A model generated the notes under the pieces. The model was not told the DNA's origin and ran no database searches. It saw only the letters and a list, made by a program, of their open reading frames with translations. Below are positions 1 through 10,807 of a stretch of 64,000 nucleotides of DNA, one piece after another. This DNA comes from Candidatus Thorarchaeota archaeon (GTDB lineage: Archaea > Asgardarchaeota > Thorarchaeia > Thorarchaeales > Thorarchaeaceae): positions 830,324-894,323 of the forward strand of contig CP070761.1 of the NCBI GenBank assembly GCA_020348985.1, read 5' to 3'. Numbering within the stretch: the first letter of the stretch is position 1; each line of letters begins with the position of its first letter. A program made the position numbers and the translations under genes.

Positions 1-684
1 TGTTGAGAAGATGAACTCGTTACAAGTAGTATGTTGGTTGTCTAAGAAGTCCAAAGCCAGTGTTCCATTCATATAGACATAGAACTGACCGTTGTCCTCC
101 CTCGTAATGACAAAGTGTTTCCAACCGAATATATCATCATACAAAAAGTTCTCATACCAGTATAACCTTCGTCCCCTTGGACTAGCAGAATCAGCAACAC
201 ACTTTCCCGCTTGCAATCTTGTCTCGTTACTGTTCTCGTACAGTCCTGTAACGATTTGGATGAAGTAAGATTGAATTCCCCAATTCTCAAAGGTCCATTC
301 AATCGATAGGAAGGGAATCACAATCTCATGATTGTATGTGTCAACTACATCCACGTCGAAACTCCAAGTTCCGTATGCTACTGAGCTGTTATGCGTAGCG
401 ATATTGAATTCCTCGCCTGTACTGTTAGCTCTCAGTGAACCATCTTCAACAGAAAAATGGCCGGGCGGGTTTTCATATGGTGGGTATCCTTCAATAGCAT
501 AGATACTCCATCCAGATAGATTACCATCATCGAAGTCACACGACCAGACCTCATCTGCAATACTGTTTCCATTAATCCTCAAAACATCAAGGCTTGAAGC
601 AGGTGTCGTTGATTCTGGAAAGATGGAGAATATCATCAGAAGCGCTAAAGAGAGTGCAATAAGCCTCAGCTTGTCAGCGGGCAT
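1..684 (-). CDS. Secreted/surface protein with ConA-like (LamG-type) domain; 3' end runs off the window; missing from the ORF track
   Basis: Hand translation: GGAGG SD, then ATG at 684, open to position 1. MPADKLRLIALSLALLMIFSIF is a signal peptide; WSCDFDDGNLSGW and WKHFVITREDNGQFYVYMNG are typical ConA-like/LamG motifs. Confidence 0.75.
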   Translation of the reverse strand, partial: MPADKLRLIALSLALLMIFSIFPESTTPASSLDVLRINGNSIADEVWSCDFDDGNLSGWSIYAIEGYPPYENPPGHFSVEDGSLRANSTGEEFNIATHNSSVAYGTWSFDVDVVDTYNHEIVIPFLSIEWTFENWGIQSYFIQIVTGLYENSNETRLQAGKCVADSASPRGRRLYWYENFLYDDIFGWKHFVITREDNGQFYVYMNGTLALDFLDNQHTTCNEFIFST

Positions 685-804
685 ATCATTTCCTCCAGAC
701 CACGTGAATTGATGCGATTCTTCGCAGTTGATTTCATACTCAAAAGGGGGTCAAAAGAATTCCGACTGGAAATCTCAAGGACCGGCACAGGAGTGATGTG
801 GGTC

Positions 805-1749
805 TCAGAGTAGAGGGACGACCTTCTCATAGAATAGGTTCATGTCTTCAGGACTATTGCTTGGGGGGAATGTGAGTGTGATGCATCCAAAACCCATCCC
901 TATGTAGTTCCTGAGTTGCTCTGCAATCACATCAGGTGTGCCTAGCTTGATCATTTCAGTGCCTGGCTTGGTTGACTCTACTCGGCTTCCTTCTGCATCC
1001 CGGATCTTCTGAACCTTCGCCATGATTTCCTCTCGGTCTCGACCCAAGAATAGTGCGAATCCTATCCCCTTTCTTATCTCGTCGTAGTCCCGGCCAACTG
1101 TCTTACAATGCTCCTTCAACGCCTTGACTTTTCTTTCTACAACATCAATACCGAACCAAGGATGAAAGTGGCTGATGTCAGCGTACTTTGCCGCTATCTT
1201 GAGAGTTGTCCTCTCTCCTCCGCCGCCAATCAATATTGGTACATGTTTCTGCACGGGTGGGGGTGAGTTCAGCACATTTTCATACTGATACAAGACGCCG
1301 CTATGTGAGATTGACTCTTCTTTGAACATCTTCTTGCAGACAATCACGGTCTCTTCGAGACCCATCAATCGCTCCGAGGCTGGTGGAAATCGGCCCATAT
1401 AGCCCATGAACTCATGTTCATGCCATCCTGCGCCAATGCCAAAAATGAGTCGCCCTCCAGAAATAATATCAATTGTTGTTGCCATCCTCCCTAAAACAGT
1501 GGGCTCACGAAATGCGTAGCAGCTCACCAGTGGAGCCAGCTTGATTTCATTGGTCACCGCTGCAAGACCAGAGAGACTGGTCCAGCACTCAAGCGGCGGG
1601 CCCAATCCGGTGCCTGTGTCCATGAAATGATCTGGGATAGAGAAGAAATCAAAACCACTATCCTCAGCCGCCAAACATAGTCTTCTCATTGTCTCAAAGT
1701 CACGACTTATTCCTGATTCATTAATCCCAAACCAGACATCGCTCAGCAT
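805..1749 (-). CDS. Luciferase-like (LLM) flavin/F420-dependent oxidoreductase
   Basis: AEDSGFD..SIPDHF, GRLIFGIGAGWHEHE, PILIGGGGER. Confidence 0.9.
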   Translation of the reverse strand: MLSDVWFGINESGISRDFETMRRLCLAAEDSGFDFFSIPDHFMDTGTGLGPPLECWTSLSGLAAVTNEIKLAPLVSCYAFREPTVLGRMATTIDIISGGRLIFGIGAGWHEHEFMGYMGRFPPASERLMGLEETVIVCKKMFKEESISHSGVLYQYENVLNSPPPVQKHVPILIGGGGERTTLKIAAKYADISHFHPWFGIDVVERKVKALKEHCKTVGRDYDEIRKGIGFALFLGRDREEIMAKVQKIRDAEGSRVESTKPGTEMIKLGTPDVIAEQLRNYIGMGFGCITLTFPPSNSPEDMNLFYEKVVPLL

Positions 1750-2046
1750 TGTTCCCCTGCCTTGAATCAGACCAGCGATCTGTAAAATGGAAGTTTCAGG
1801 TTTGTATTCTGTCTTCTGGTTGAGAAGGAGTGTGTCTTATGCCTCATCTACCTTTGATCAGAAAGAATCGACATCCCATGACTCTGACGAACGAGAGGAC
1901 CTGAGAGCGGTACTGAAGAAATCAGACATCTTCACGAAGAACCATCTCCTTTTAGTTGCAAGCTTGGTCGGCTCTTTGGTAGCGTTCTGGTGTACTTGAT
2001 AGAGAACTTACCTGAACAATCGAATTGTGACCTTTACTCCTCACTC

Positions 2047-2310
2047 CTAGAAATCATTTTTCAATAGATCTAGTTCTTCTCCAAGCAGATAGTGACAGAA
2101 CCAACGAGACGTATGCAAAGCTATCGAATAGTTCTCCCGAGGAGTAATGAACCCATGACCCTTTCCAGGGAGCACAAATAACTCGGTGTGAACTCCCTTG
2201 TCCTTAAGCGCTCTAAACATTTCCTGGACACTCACTACCGTTATTCGTTCATCTTTCTCACCGTGATGCAACAACATAGGTGTCTTCGCTTTCTCAATCA
2301 GCGCAATCAT
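2047..2310 (-). pseudogene. C-terminal remnant of an S9-family peptidase
   Basis: TPMLLHHGEKDERI...LPGKGHGF contains the Asp and His of the triad. An in-frame stop lies just upstream, and no GxSxG region is present. Confidence 0.65.
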
Positions 2311-2507
2311 TCAGAAAGCTTCTGACGACAAGGCACCATCTGCAAATCAAGGATTATTGAGGATAGTCCTTCCAACCTTTACATGACCCGTTCTCTGATT
2401 GGAGGAGAAACCATCTTGTGAAACATCCAACTCTCGTCGCATTCGTACCCTGTACAGGACTGTAGCGATAACTCCAACAGCAACTCCAAACAGAAAGAAT
2501 GGGCACA

Positions 2508-3455
2508 TCACTTTTCCCAGATGTAGCTGATAGAACCCTTCATGTGCTTGAATCCTAGACTTTCATAGAGCCGGATGGCACCTTTGTTCTCGATATCAAC
2601 CTCGAGTTTCATCAAAGCATGATTGTTTTCAGCAGCCCGCATCATGCTGGTTCCAAGAACATACTTTGCGAATCCTTGTCCTCTGTATTCAGGGACAACA
2701 CCAATTCCGTGGACGAACACACTGTTTGTGTGTATGTCGATCTTGACGAAGCCGACAATCGTTTCACCATCAAAGAGAACTATGGATGCTTCCTCCTCTA
2801 TAGGCACTTCTCTTGAAAAGAACGATTCGAAATTCTCTCTTCGTTGTTCGTTGGATTGAGCAGTATACCTTCTGTCTCCTCCAGAGGAAAAAGCTCGATC
2901 ATAATCGGGCCAAAGCTCATCATTAGAGATTTCGGTGAGGGATCTTGTATGCATGTTTTCAGGGATATCTCGAAGACTGAAATCCAGGTTCTTAAGGTCT
3001 GCATCCATGAAAGTCCACTCATAACCTCTTTTCATTCCCGCGGCGGTATACATCTCACCACAAGTTGCAGCATAGTCACGGTATTCATCTGTTATTTCCA
3101 TCAAGAAGACTTCCATTCTGTTCCTTCCTGATGATTCTGTATACTCAATACAATCATGAATAAGACGCTTGCCAATCTCGATGTCAGGGGGGTTGACCAG
3201 TGGATGCCAAGCAAGCTGGTATATCATTGAATTCGTCCAATGGTATACTCCTGCCCAGCCACGAATCTCTTCATCCTCTCTCGCGATCGAAATGAAGTCA
3301 GGACATTTAGTTGGGTCGGATAACCACGCACGGATTTCCTCCAACGTATTGCCATACTTGTAAGGAATTGGGAGCGTGCTGTACGTTTCAAATGTAAATG
3401 CAGCTATTTCTTCTACATCTAATGTATCGTGAGAGTGGTGCTCGACGTTAATCAT
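2508..3455 (-). CDS. Tandem GNAT acetyltransferase
   Basis: GVVPEYRGQGFAK acetyl-CoA motif, N..AIRLYESLGF; two-domain length. Confidence 0.85.
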   Translation of the reverse strand: MINVEHHSHDTLDVEEIAAFTFETYSTLPIPYKYGNTLEEIRAWLSDPTKCPDFISIAREDEEIRGWAGVYHWTNSMIYQLAWHPLVNPPDIEIGKRLIHDCIEYTESSGRNRMEVFLMEITDEYRDYAATCGEMYTAAGMKRGYEWTFMDADLKNLDFSLRDIPENMHTRSLTEISNDELWPDYDRAFSSGGDRRYTAQSNEQRRENFESFFSREVPIEEEASIVLFDGETIVGFVKIDIHTNSVFVHGIGVVPEYRGQGFAKYVLGTSMMRAAENNHALMKLEVDIENKGAIRLYESLGFKHMKGSISYIWEK

Positions 3456-3930
3456 ACTGTGGACTCACTTATACACAATATAATATGGATGGTGTACGTC
3501 AATTCTGTCCTTATTCTGTTTCGATTCTAGCACTTCGCGTACCCTTTCCTGGCATTTCTATATGCCTTTCTTGCTCCCTTTATGCTCCAGCTCTCTAGGC
3601 TCAGTCATGTAATGGAAAAAGAAACTCACAGTTTCGATCTTCTTTGGCACGGAGCTAGCAACCTATTGGATTTCTTGTCATTCGGAATTGGGTTGCACTA
3701 CTTGCTCATTGGTTTTGACCCGATAAATCCGACCTGATTGGCGTCGTTGTACATTCTTTATCTTAGAAGTCGTTCACTGGACGTTGATGAATCAAAGGCA
3801 CATGGAGGAATCGTCGGGACTGAACATTTCTAGCTGGAATAACTAGATTGGCATCAATCAGTTCTCTGCTATATGGTGATGTATTTAACATACTAGAAAG
3901 ATACGTCTACTCAAAATTGAGGACTGAGAA

Positions 3931-4371
3931 ATGGTCTATCGCATTCAAAACATAGAGCAATTCACAGACTTGTGGACGACCATCTACAACACCAAGGGCA
4001 GGCCCGATTGGTCTCATATTTTGCCTTACTATGATGACAGCATTCACTTCCGCGATTGTATCCAAGAGATTCATGGAATGGAAGAATTCAAGAAAATGAC
4101 TGAACGCCTGACCAACAGATCACAAGATCTGCAGATGAAGATAGTCAACATTGTGATGGAAGACAAACTGCTGTTTTTTGAGTGGGAGATGACTCTGAAT
4201 TTCAGACAAACGAGAACTTCAACTATATACGGTTTAAGTAGACTCACCCTGAATGATGAGGGTAGAATCGTAGAGCAAAGAGACTACTACGATCTGTGGG
4301 GTGATGTTTTCGACAATATCCCAGGTGTTTCCAAAGGCTACAGGATGTTCATGAAGAAACTATTCGGGTGA
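3931..4371 (+). CDS. SnoaL/NTF2-like protein
   Basis: YDDSIHFRD, EGRIVEQRDYYD. Confidence 0.85.
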   Translation: MVYRIQNIEQFTDLWTTIYNTKGRPDWSHILPYYDDSIHFRDCIQEIHGMEEFKKMTERLTNRSQDLQMKIVNIVMEDKLLFFEWEMTLNFRQTRTSTIYGLSRLTLNDEGRIVEQRDYYDLWGDVFDNIPGVSKGYRMFMKKLFG

Positions 4372-5321
4372 CTGGCTTGAGTAGAATGAGATACCTGAAG
4401 CAATACAAGATGTCCAACATCATTGCGATGATGCGAAATAACCGAAAAGAGCCAGAAACATGCAATGATGATTTCGAAGGCCGCTTGGTGATTATTTCGG
4501 GCGCCACATCAGGAATCGGTTATGAGACTGCAAGAGAATATGCTTCGCATGGCGCCAACCTTCTTCTCATTAATAGAAACGAAGAGAAGTCAATAGCCGT
4601 ATGTGAAGAGATTCGTGAGGGATTTCGTGTAGAATGTGATTACAAGATTGCGAATTATGCACGATTGTCCGATGTACGAAGAATTGGAAAGGAGCTTCTG
4701 GAATCCGACATAGAAATCGACGTTCTTATTCACAATGCTGGTGTTTATTCAACAAAGAAGGTAATTACCGAAGACAATAATGAGCTCAGCTTTCAAGTAA
4801 ACTATCTTGCGTCCTTCATCCTGAATTACATGCTTAAAGATAAATTGAAGGCAGGGGGAAAAACGCGCATCATCCTTGTCAGTTCAGAAGGCCATCGCTT
4901 TGCTGTCCGTGGCATACGGCTGGATGACCTCAACTATGAAAACCATCGACATACGGGTTTGGGGAGTTATGGTGTGGCGAAAACAGCCCAACTTCTATCA
5001 GTAATCAAGTTTGTTGAGTATTTCGAGGATAGTGGCGTTACCATAAACGCTGTGCACCCTGGCGATGTTAAATCCAATATGGGACTTAATAATGGTCGAA
5101 TATATCGTTTCTTCAAGAATAAGATAATAAATCGTACCTTGAAATCTCCAGAAAGGTCTGCAAAGGCGCTATACTATCTCGGGGTTTCAAAAGAAGTTGG
5201 GGGAATAAGTGGGAAGTTCTTCAATCTGACGACAGAGGAAGAACCCGCACCTCCAGCATTGGACCGAGATGTAGCTGAGGAGCTCTGGAAAGCAACAATA
5301 GAACTGGTGGGCTTGGAATGA
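4368..5321 (+). CDS. Short-chain dehydrogenase/reductase (retinol dehydrogenase-like)
   Basis: SGATSGIG, HNAG, YGVAK, VHPG; GTGA overlap with the upstream gene. Confidence 0.9.
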   Translation: MTGLSRMRYLKQYKMSNIIAMMRNNRKEPETCNDDFEGRLVIISGATSGIGYETAREYASHGANLLLINRNEEKSIAVCEEIREGFRVECDYKIANYARLSDVRRIGKELLESDIEIDVLIHNAGVYSTKKVITEDNNELSFQVNYLASFILNYMLKDKLKAGGKTRIILVSSEGHRFAVRGIRLDDLNYENHRHTGLGSYGVAKTAQLLSVIKFVEYFEDSGVTINAVHPGDVKSNMGLNNGRIYRFFKNKIINRTLKSPERSAKALYYLGVSKEVGGISGKFFNLTTEEEPAPPALDRDVAEELWKATIELVGLE

Positions 5322-6919
5322 GCCAGAACGAACATCGAACGATTATCGTCGGCGGTGGCATGGCTGGATTGACCGCCGCTGCCTATTTATCAAGAGCAGG
5401 ACACAACGTCCTTTTGCTAGAGAAGAACAAAGAATGCGGTGGCCTACTCAGTTCATTTCATCGAGACGGATTCACATTTGATGCGGGTGCAAGATCAATT
5501 CTAAACTCGGGAATAATCCAGCCTATGCTAAATGAACTCGGAATTGAGCTTGAATTGCTTGATAGTCCCGTATCAATAGGAGTCGAGAATGATATCATCA
5601 GTCTTGATTCGGAAACAAGCTTGGATGACTACAAAGGATTGCTAGATAGATTGTATCCAGAAAGCGTCAACGATGTCGACAAAATCATCTCGAAAATTGA
5701 GGGAATAATCAAAGACATGGCGATTCTATATGGCATTGATAATCCCAATTTTAGGGATTTGAAGAGTGATAGAAACTATCTCATCAAGGAACTGCTTCCG
5801 TGGCTGGGAAGATTCATCTTCACCTTGTATCGAATGAACCGAAAGAACGAACCCGTTGAATCATATCTAGGAAAACTGAGTTCAAATCAATCCCTAATTG
5901 ACATTATCGCCCAGCATTTCTTCAAGATGACACCAACGTTTTTCGCATTGGGTTATTTCTATGCATACAATGATTACAGGTATCCAAGGGGAGGCACAGG
6001 CGAGTTACCAAAGGCAATGGTGCAGAAGATCATTGAATGGGACGGAAGAATTCAGACAGGCACCGAAATAACAGAAGTTAATCTTTCCGAAAAGAAAGTG
6101 ATTGACAGGGATGGCAACATGTATTCATTCGATTCTCTCATCTGGAGCGCCGATTTGAAAACATTGTACAGAATATTAGACATCCATGATTTGGATGAGA
6201 AGGTCACTCGCAAAATCTTGAAACAAAAGGAGCTTCTTCTTTCAAAGCGCGGCTGTGATTCTGTCTATTCGATGTACATTGGAGTTGACATGCCCTTGGA
6301 ATCTTTTAACTCCATTTCAAATGGACACTTTTTCTACACACCATCGAAAAAGGGATTGGGCGAGGTACACAAATCGGAACTCAACTCTCTAATCGAGGAT
6401 TTTGAAACCAAATCAAGGGAGGAAATTCTGCGGTGGTTGGATGAGTATTGTCAATTGACGACATATGAAATCTCAATTCCTGCATTTAGAGACCCCGCGT
6501 TGGCTCCCGAGGGAAAAACGGGTTTGATAATAAGCATGCTCTTTGAATACGATCTAATGAAGAGGATCAAGGATGCCAACTGGTATGAGGAATTCAGAAT
6601 CGAAATCGAAAACCGCATGCTGGATACCCTTTCGAACTCTGTCTATCCAGGTTTGAAAGAAAAGGTAATCTTTCAATCATCTTCAACTCCACTAAGTATT
6701 GCCACGATAGCAGGAAGTTCAGAAGGAGCGATCGTGGGATGGTCTTATGAATCACCCGTTCCAGTTGTGCACAATCTCCGAAAGATTGCTAGCTCAGCTA
6801 AGACGCCGATTCCAAACGTGTACCAAGCAGGCCAATGGGCCTACAGTCCGGCGGGAATACCTACTGCAATCCTTACAGGTTGGTATGCTGCCAGAAATTC
6901 AATAAAGAGCAAGAAATGA
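5318..6919 (+). CDS. Phytoene desaturase/retinol saturase-like FAD oxidoreductase
   Basis: IIVGGGMAGL..AAYL, LLEK, GFTFDAG, YPRGG, TPIPNVYQAGQW; ATGA overlap. Confidence 0.85.
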   Translation: MSQNEHRTIIVGGGMAGLTAAAYLSRAGHNVLLLEKNKECGGLLSSFHRDGFTFDAGARSILNSGIIQPMLNELGIELELLDSPVSIGVENDIISLDSETSLDDYKGLLDRLYPESVNDVDKIISKIEGIIKDMAILYGIDNPNFRDLKSDRNYLIKELLPWLGRFIFTLYRMNRKNEPVESYLGKLSSNQSLIDIIAQHFFKMTPTFFALGYFYAYNDYRYPRGGTGELPKAMVQKIIEWDGRIQTGTEITEVNLSEKKVIDRDGNMYSFDSLIWSADLKTLYRILDIHDLDEKVTRKILKQKELLLSKRGCDSVYSMYIGVDMPLESFNSISNGHFFYTPSKKGLGEVHKSELNSLIEDFETKSREEILRWLDEYCQLTTYEISIPAFRDPALAPEGKTGLIISMLFEYDLMKRIKDANWYEEFRIEIENRMLDTLSNSVYPGLKEKVIFQSSSTPLSIATIAGSSEGAIVGWSYESPVPVVHNLRKIASSAKTPIPNVYQAGQWAYSPAGIPTAILTGWYAARNSIKSKK

Positions 6920-7115
6920 CCCGCTGCCCAGGTCCATGAAGTGATCAGGAACAAAGACGAAATCGAAGCTACTATCTTCGGCAGCAAGGCACATCCGTCT
7001 CAAGGTCTCAAAATCGCGACTTACTCCGGACTTCTGGTCAAGAGCAAAAGCGTCTTATGTCCTGTATATCACTACGTCAGACTCCAGCTATGGTAGAACT
7101 GGGAATTCCAGCACG

Positions 7116-8012
7116 GTGTTAGAAATGACCAAGGTTGCAGTCATCTCAACTAGCGACAGAGTCTACGGAGTCAATATGTCGTTTGATCTTCTGAGCATCA
7201 ACCCAGTTGATGGGAAGAATGTGGTTCTGAAACCCAACTTCAACACGGCAGACCCTCCACCTGCATCAACATCCATGGAGACTTTGAGACAAATCATTGT
7301 GAAGATCAAGGAAATGGGCGCAAAGTCCCTGACCATTGCAGAAAGGTGCGGGCCGGCCGACACTGAGGAGACCTTCAGGAAGAAGGGTCTCTACGAGCTT
7401 TCTGAAGAACTGGGCTTCAGAGTAGTTAATCTGTCTGCTCAGCCAGTGGATGATTACGTCATGAAGAGAATCGAAGGTGCTCATTGGAAGGACGGATTCT
7501 TGTTTTCAAAAATCTACGATGAAGCCGAGTGCGTAGTCGAGACCTGCTGCCTAAAGACACACCAATACGGTGGTCACTTCACACTCTCCATGAAGAACGC
7601 GACCGGCCTGGTTCCCCGTGAGGGCTACGAATACATGAAGGAACTACACGGCTCAAAGCACCAGCGCAAGATGATTGCCGAAATAAACGCGGCCTACAAG
7701 TGGGATTTGGTGATCATGGACGGCGTGGTTTCTTTTGTCGACGGAGGCCCCATGGCGGGAACAAGAAAGCAAAGCAATGTATTTGTGGCAGGGACTGACA
7801 AGATAGCCATAGATGCGACTGGAGTTGCCATTCTTAGGATGCTTGGGACTACTCCAGAGGTGAGCAAAGGGCCCGTATTCGAACAAGAACAGATTGCCAG
7901 AGCTGTCGAACTGGGCTTTGGCATATCGTCTCCAGATGAAATCGAGTTCCTGACCGATTCGCCTGAGAGTGAAAGCATGGTTGCCAGGATTCGGACTGAG
8001 TTATCAAGTTGA
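7116..8012 (+). CDS. DUF362 family protein
   Basis: VVLKPNF, LKTH..GHFTLSMKN..G, D.IAID. Confidence 0.85.
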   Translation: MLEMTKVAVISTSDRVYGVNMSFDLLSINPVDGKNVVLKPNFNTADPPPASTSMETLRQIIVKIKEMGAKSLTIAERCGPADTEETFRKKGLYELSEELGFRVVNLSAQPVDDYVMKRIEGAHWKDGFLFSKIYDEAECVVETCCLKTHQYGGHFTLSMKNATGLVPREGYEYMKELHGSKHQRKMIAEINAAYKWDLVIMDGVVSFVDGGPMAGTRKQSNVFVAGTDKIAIDATGVAILRMLGTTPEVSKGPVFEQEQIARAVELGFGISSPDEIEFLTDSPESESMVARIRTELSS

Positions 8013-8030
8013 GACGAAATCTGCTGAATC

Positions 8031-9350
8031 TCATCCACTTCTTCTTCTTAGTATGAAGACTGCTGCTACAACTACGACAGCGGCTCCTCCTGAGATTCCA
8101 CCTAGTAGGATCAGATCAAGACCCTGTCCATTCGTTGTCGTTGTTGTCAGATTGGTCCAGCTAGTCATTGCCCGACCTTGTTGATGAAGAAGAGACTCGA
8201 TTTGCAGCTTGCTCAATGTGAAGCTTGGATATCGTCCCAGGCCATCTTCACGGTTAATCAACAGGAGTATTCCATAGCGGCCAGTGTCGACTTCATTATA
8301 CCACATTTCAGCCATGAATCCCCAGAACATTCCGGAGTGTCCCTGATACAGTTCTGTTACCCACCCCAAATCGTCTGAGTGCATCATGTCTATACTGGCT
8401 GGCTCTAGGAGCTGAACACCATTGAAGGAGCCTTCGTTCATGTGCGCACTCAGGTACTTGGACATATCCATAACAGTGCTGAAGTACGCCCCTGCCCCAT
8501 AGGTGTGTACATCGTAATGTGGGAACTCGAAAGCAGTTGTATCTTCGCGTGTACCGTGTCCGATTGCCAAGCGACCAGAAAACTCTGCAAAACTCGGACC
8601 TGTGCTGCTCATACCCAAAGGAGTCAGGATGTTCTCTTCGATGTAATCAGGGAACGACTGATTGGTTATCTTTTCTAGCAAAAAGCTAAGGAAGAAGAAT
8701 CCTGAGTTTGAATAGGAGGTAGTGGTATTAGAAGTACTCAACCACAGGTCGGGGTCATCTATGTTCGAACCGTTTATAATCTCCCCAAGTGGGGGGCGAG
8801 GTCCAATCCATGGCTCGAAGACTGTCACATTGAGAATCTCAACAAGGCTGGTGTCATAGGGAGTTATCCCGAAAAAGTAATCTCTCGCCATTCCTGCTCG
8901 GTGTGATAAAAGCATACGCGCAGTTATCGTCACGTTGGTATCATTGGGATTTCTCACCTCGAACGGGAGATAATCACTTACATCGGCATCAAGATCAATG
9001 AGGCCCTGCTCGTGAAGCTGCAGATATGCTGTTCCTGTGAAGGTCTTTGAGATTGATGCAATCTTGAACACAGTATCCAGTGATGGCTGGTCACCAAATC
9101 CTTTTGCCCATACCACAGTATCATTGATGACAATGCTGGCGTGAAGAGAAGGGATTCCCACCTCCTCTATTTCACTTTCTATTTTGGATTCTAGTGTCGG
9201 CAAGGAGATTCCAAACGACACATTGGTCTCTGATTGGACCGGCACTGTAAGAGTCAGCGGTACAATGAGAAGCGCTAGTGTCGCACATACGGCAACGAAT
9301 CTTACAGCGGATCTGGAGTTGCCTTTCTTCAATCTGAACAAGATGCACAC
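8031..9350 (-). CDS. Membrane-anchored beta-lactamase-like serine hydrolase
   Basis: FKIASISK (SxxK), LLSHRAG, YSN, GHSG; signal peptide, Thr-rich linker, C-terminal TM. Confidence 0.9.
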   Translation of the reverse strand: MCILFRLKKGNSRSAVRFVAVCATLALLIVPLTLTVPVQSETNVSFGISLPTLESKIESEIEEVGIPSLHASIVINDTVVWAKGFGDQPSLDTVFKIASISKTFTGTAYLQLHEQGLIDLDADVSDYLPFEVRNPNDTNVTITARMLLSHRAGMARDYFFGITPYDTSLVEILNVTVFEPWIGPRPPLGEIINGSNIDDPDLWLSTSNTTTSYSNSGFFFLSFLLEKITNQSFPDYIEENILTPLGMSSTGPSFAEFSGRLAIGHGTREDTTAFEFPHYDVHTYGAGAYFSTVMDMSKYLSAHMNEGSFNGVQLLEPASIDMMHSDDLGWVTELYQGHSGMFWGFMAEMWYNEVDTGRYGILLLINREDGLGRYPSFTLSKLQIESLLHQQGRAMTSWTNLTTTTTNGQGLDLILLGGISGGAAVVVVAAVFILRRRSG

Positions 9351-9630
9351 CCTCTCTACTACATGTCGCTTCTGGGTTATTCTGCAACAGCAACCAAGTT
9401 GTCTGCACTTTCGATGTCGCGGATTTGTGAATTGCAGATTGAAACCAAAACATCAAAGGTAACTAAAATATGTATCTACACTATTTGGTTCCCAAATGAA
9501 ATTCTCACAATCTCGTGAGTTGCAGTTCGTAAACGAAGATTCGAAGCTTTCGAGCAACTGCGACAGAATTCCCAAAGACTGATTTGCTGTATTGACCTAT
9601 TAATGAAGGTCGCGTCAAGGAGGAAGAGAG

Positions 9631-9930
9631 ATGCCTACGTTTATAATCATGGGTAACTTGACTGAAAAAGCTGTCGAGAAAATACGTGAAGAGGGAGAGC
9701 GGCAAAAGAATGCCTACGATCTGGCGAAACAACTTGGCGCCGAGGTCAAGGCTCTCTATTACACGATGGGGAAGTACGATTGGATCGGCATCGTGGAAGC
9801 GCCGGACAATGAGACAGCACTGAAGGGGCTATTCATGTTGGGTGCCGGAGGTTTCACAAGGACACGTACCATGTTGGCCTTTCCAGCAGATGATGTCGCA
9901 AAGATGACTGCAGACCTACCAAAAGAATAG
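9631..9930 (+). CDS. GYD domain protein
   Basis: YYTMGKYD, EAPD, RTRTMLAF; SD upstream. Confidence 0.85.
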   Translation: MPTFIIMGNLTEKAVEKIREEGERQKNAYDLAKQLGAEVKALYYTMGKYDWIGIVEAPDNETALKGLFMLGAGGFTRTRTMLAFPADDVAKMTADLPKE

Positions 9931-10071
9931 CCAATCTCGGTTGAAAGAAGGGCATCAGACTGTATTGTCGGCTCACATTTGAGCTGACATGTCAGTCTGA
10001 GGCATCGGCAAAACACTTTATTCTCCGTCTGCTTCTCTGACATATTGAAGGAGTCAAGGTAGGTCATCAAT

Positions 10072-10800
10072 ATGGAAGGCGAGATACTGGTTGACGCCCA
10101 AGATTCTATCGCAGTCTTGACATTCTCGAGACCTGACAAATTGAACGCCGTGACCAGGCCCATGTTAGATTCTTTCAGCGAGAAGGTCTCACTCCTGATC
10201 AATGACCCTGACATCATTGGACTGATTATCACAGGAGAGGGTGACAAAGCGTTCACGGCTGGTTTTGATTTGGACATGATGAATTCACTTGAAGGTGATG
10301 AACCTACAGAGTTCTTCAAGCACCTCGAGAAGATCATGTATGTTCTATCTGGAAGCAGGAATTGTGTGACTCTTGCGGCTGTAAACGGATACGCAGTTGG
10401 ATTTGGAGCTATGGTCGCATCGGCATGTGACTTTCGCTTCTTCTCTGAGAACGGCGTTTTTCGTTTAATCGAGATAGATCTTGGAATCTTTCCAGGCTCG
10501 GGTGCCGCATCCAATCTGATACGCCTAGTCGGGCCATCAAGAGCGAAGGAGTTGCTCATGACAGCAAGAAGTGTGACAGCTCACGAAGCGTCCAAGATTG
10601 GACTGGCAGATAGAGTATACCCCCAAGGGGAACTGATGGAGAGAAGTCTTGAATTCATGAAGGAACTTGCTCAGAAAGACCGCAAGCTTCTGACAAGGGT
10701 CAAGAATCTTGTCGATGCGATGACCGGTCAGGACATGGAAAGCGCTACTGATCTGGAGGCTGTTTACACAGACGAGTGGCTTCGAGAGTTCAGGAGATAG
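10072..10800 (+). CDS. Enoyl-CoA hydratase/isomerase family
   Basis: RPDKLNA, AFTAGFD, AVNGYAVGFG, EIDLGIFPG. Confidence 0.9.
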   Translation: MEGEILVDAQDSIAVLTFSRPDKLNAVTRPMLDSFSEKVSLLINDPDIIGLIITGEGDKAFTAGFDLDMMNSLEGDEPTEFFKHLEKIMYVLSGSRNCVTLAAVNGYAVGFGAMVASACDFRFFSENGVFRLIEIDLGIFPGSGAASNLIRLVGPSRAKELLMTARSVTAHEASKIGLADRVYPQGELMERSLEFMKELAQKDRKLLTRVKNLVDAMTGQDMESATDLEAVYTDEWLREFRR

Positions 10801-10807
10801 GAGTCCA

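Noticed and set aside
9759-10559. Long antisense ORFs (also 29899-30579, 62583-63437 and many shorter ones)
   Set aside because: They are shadows of well-supported genes on the opposite strand and show no motifs.
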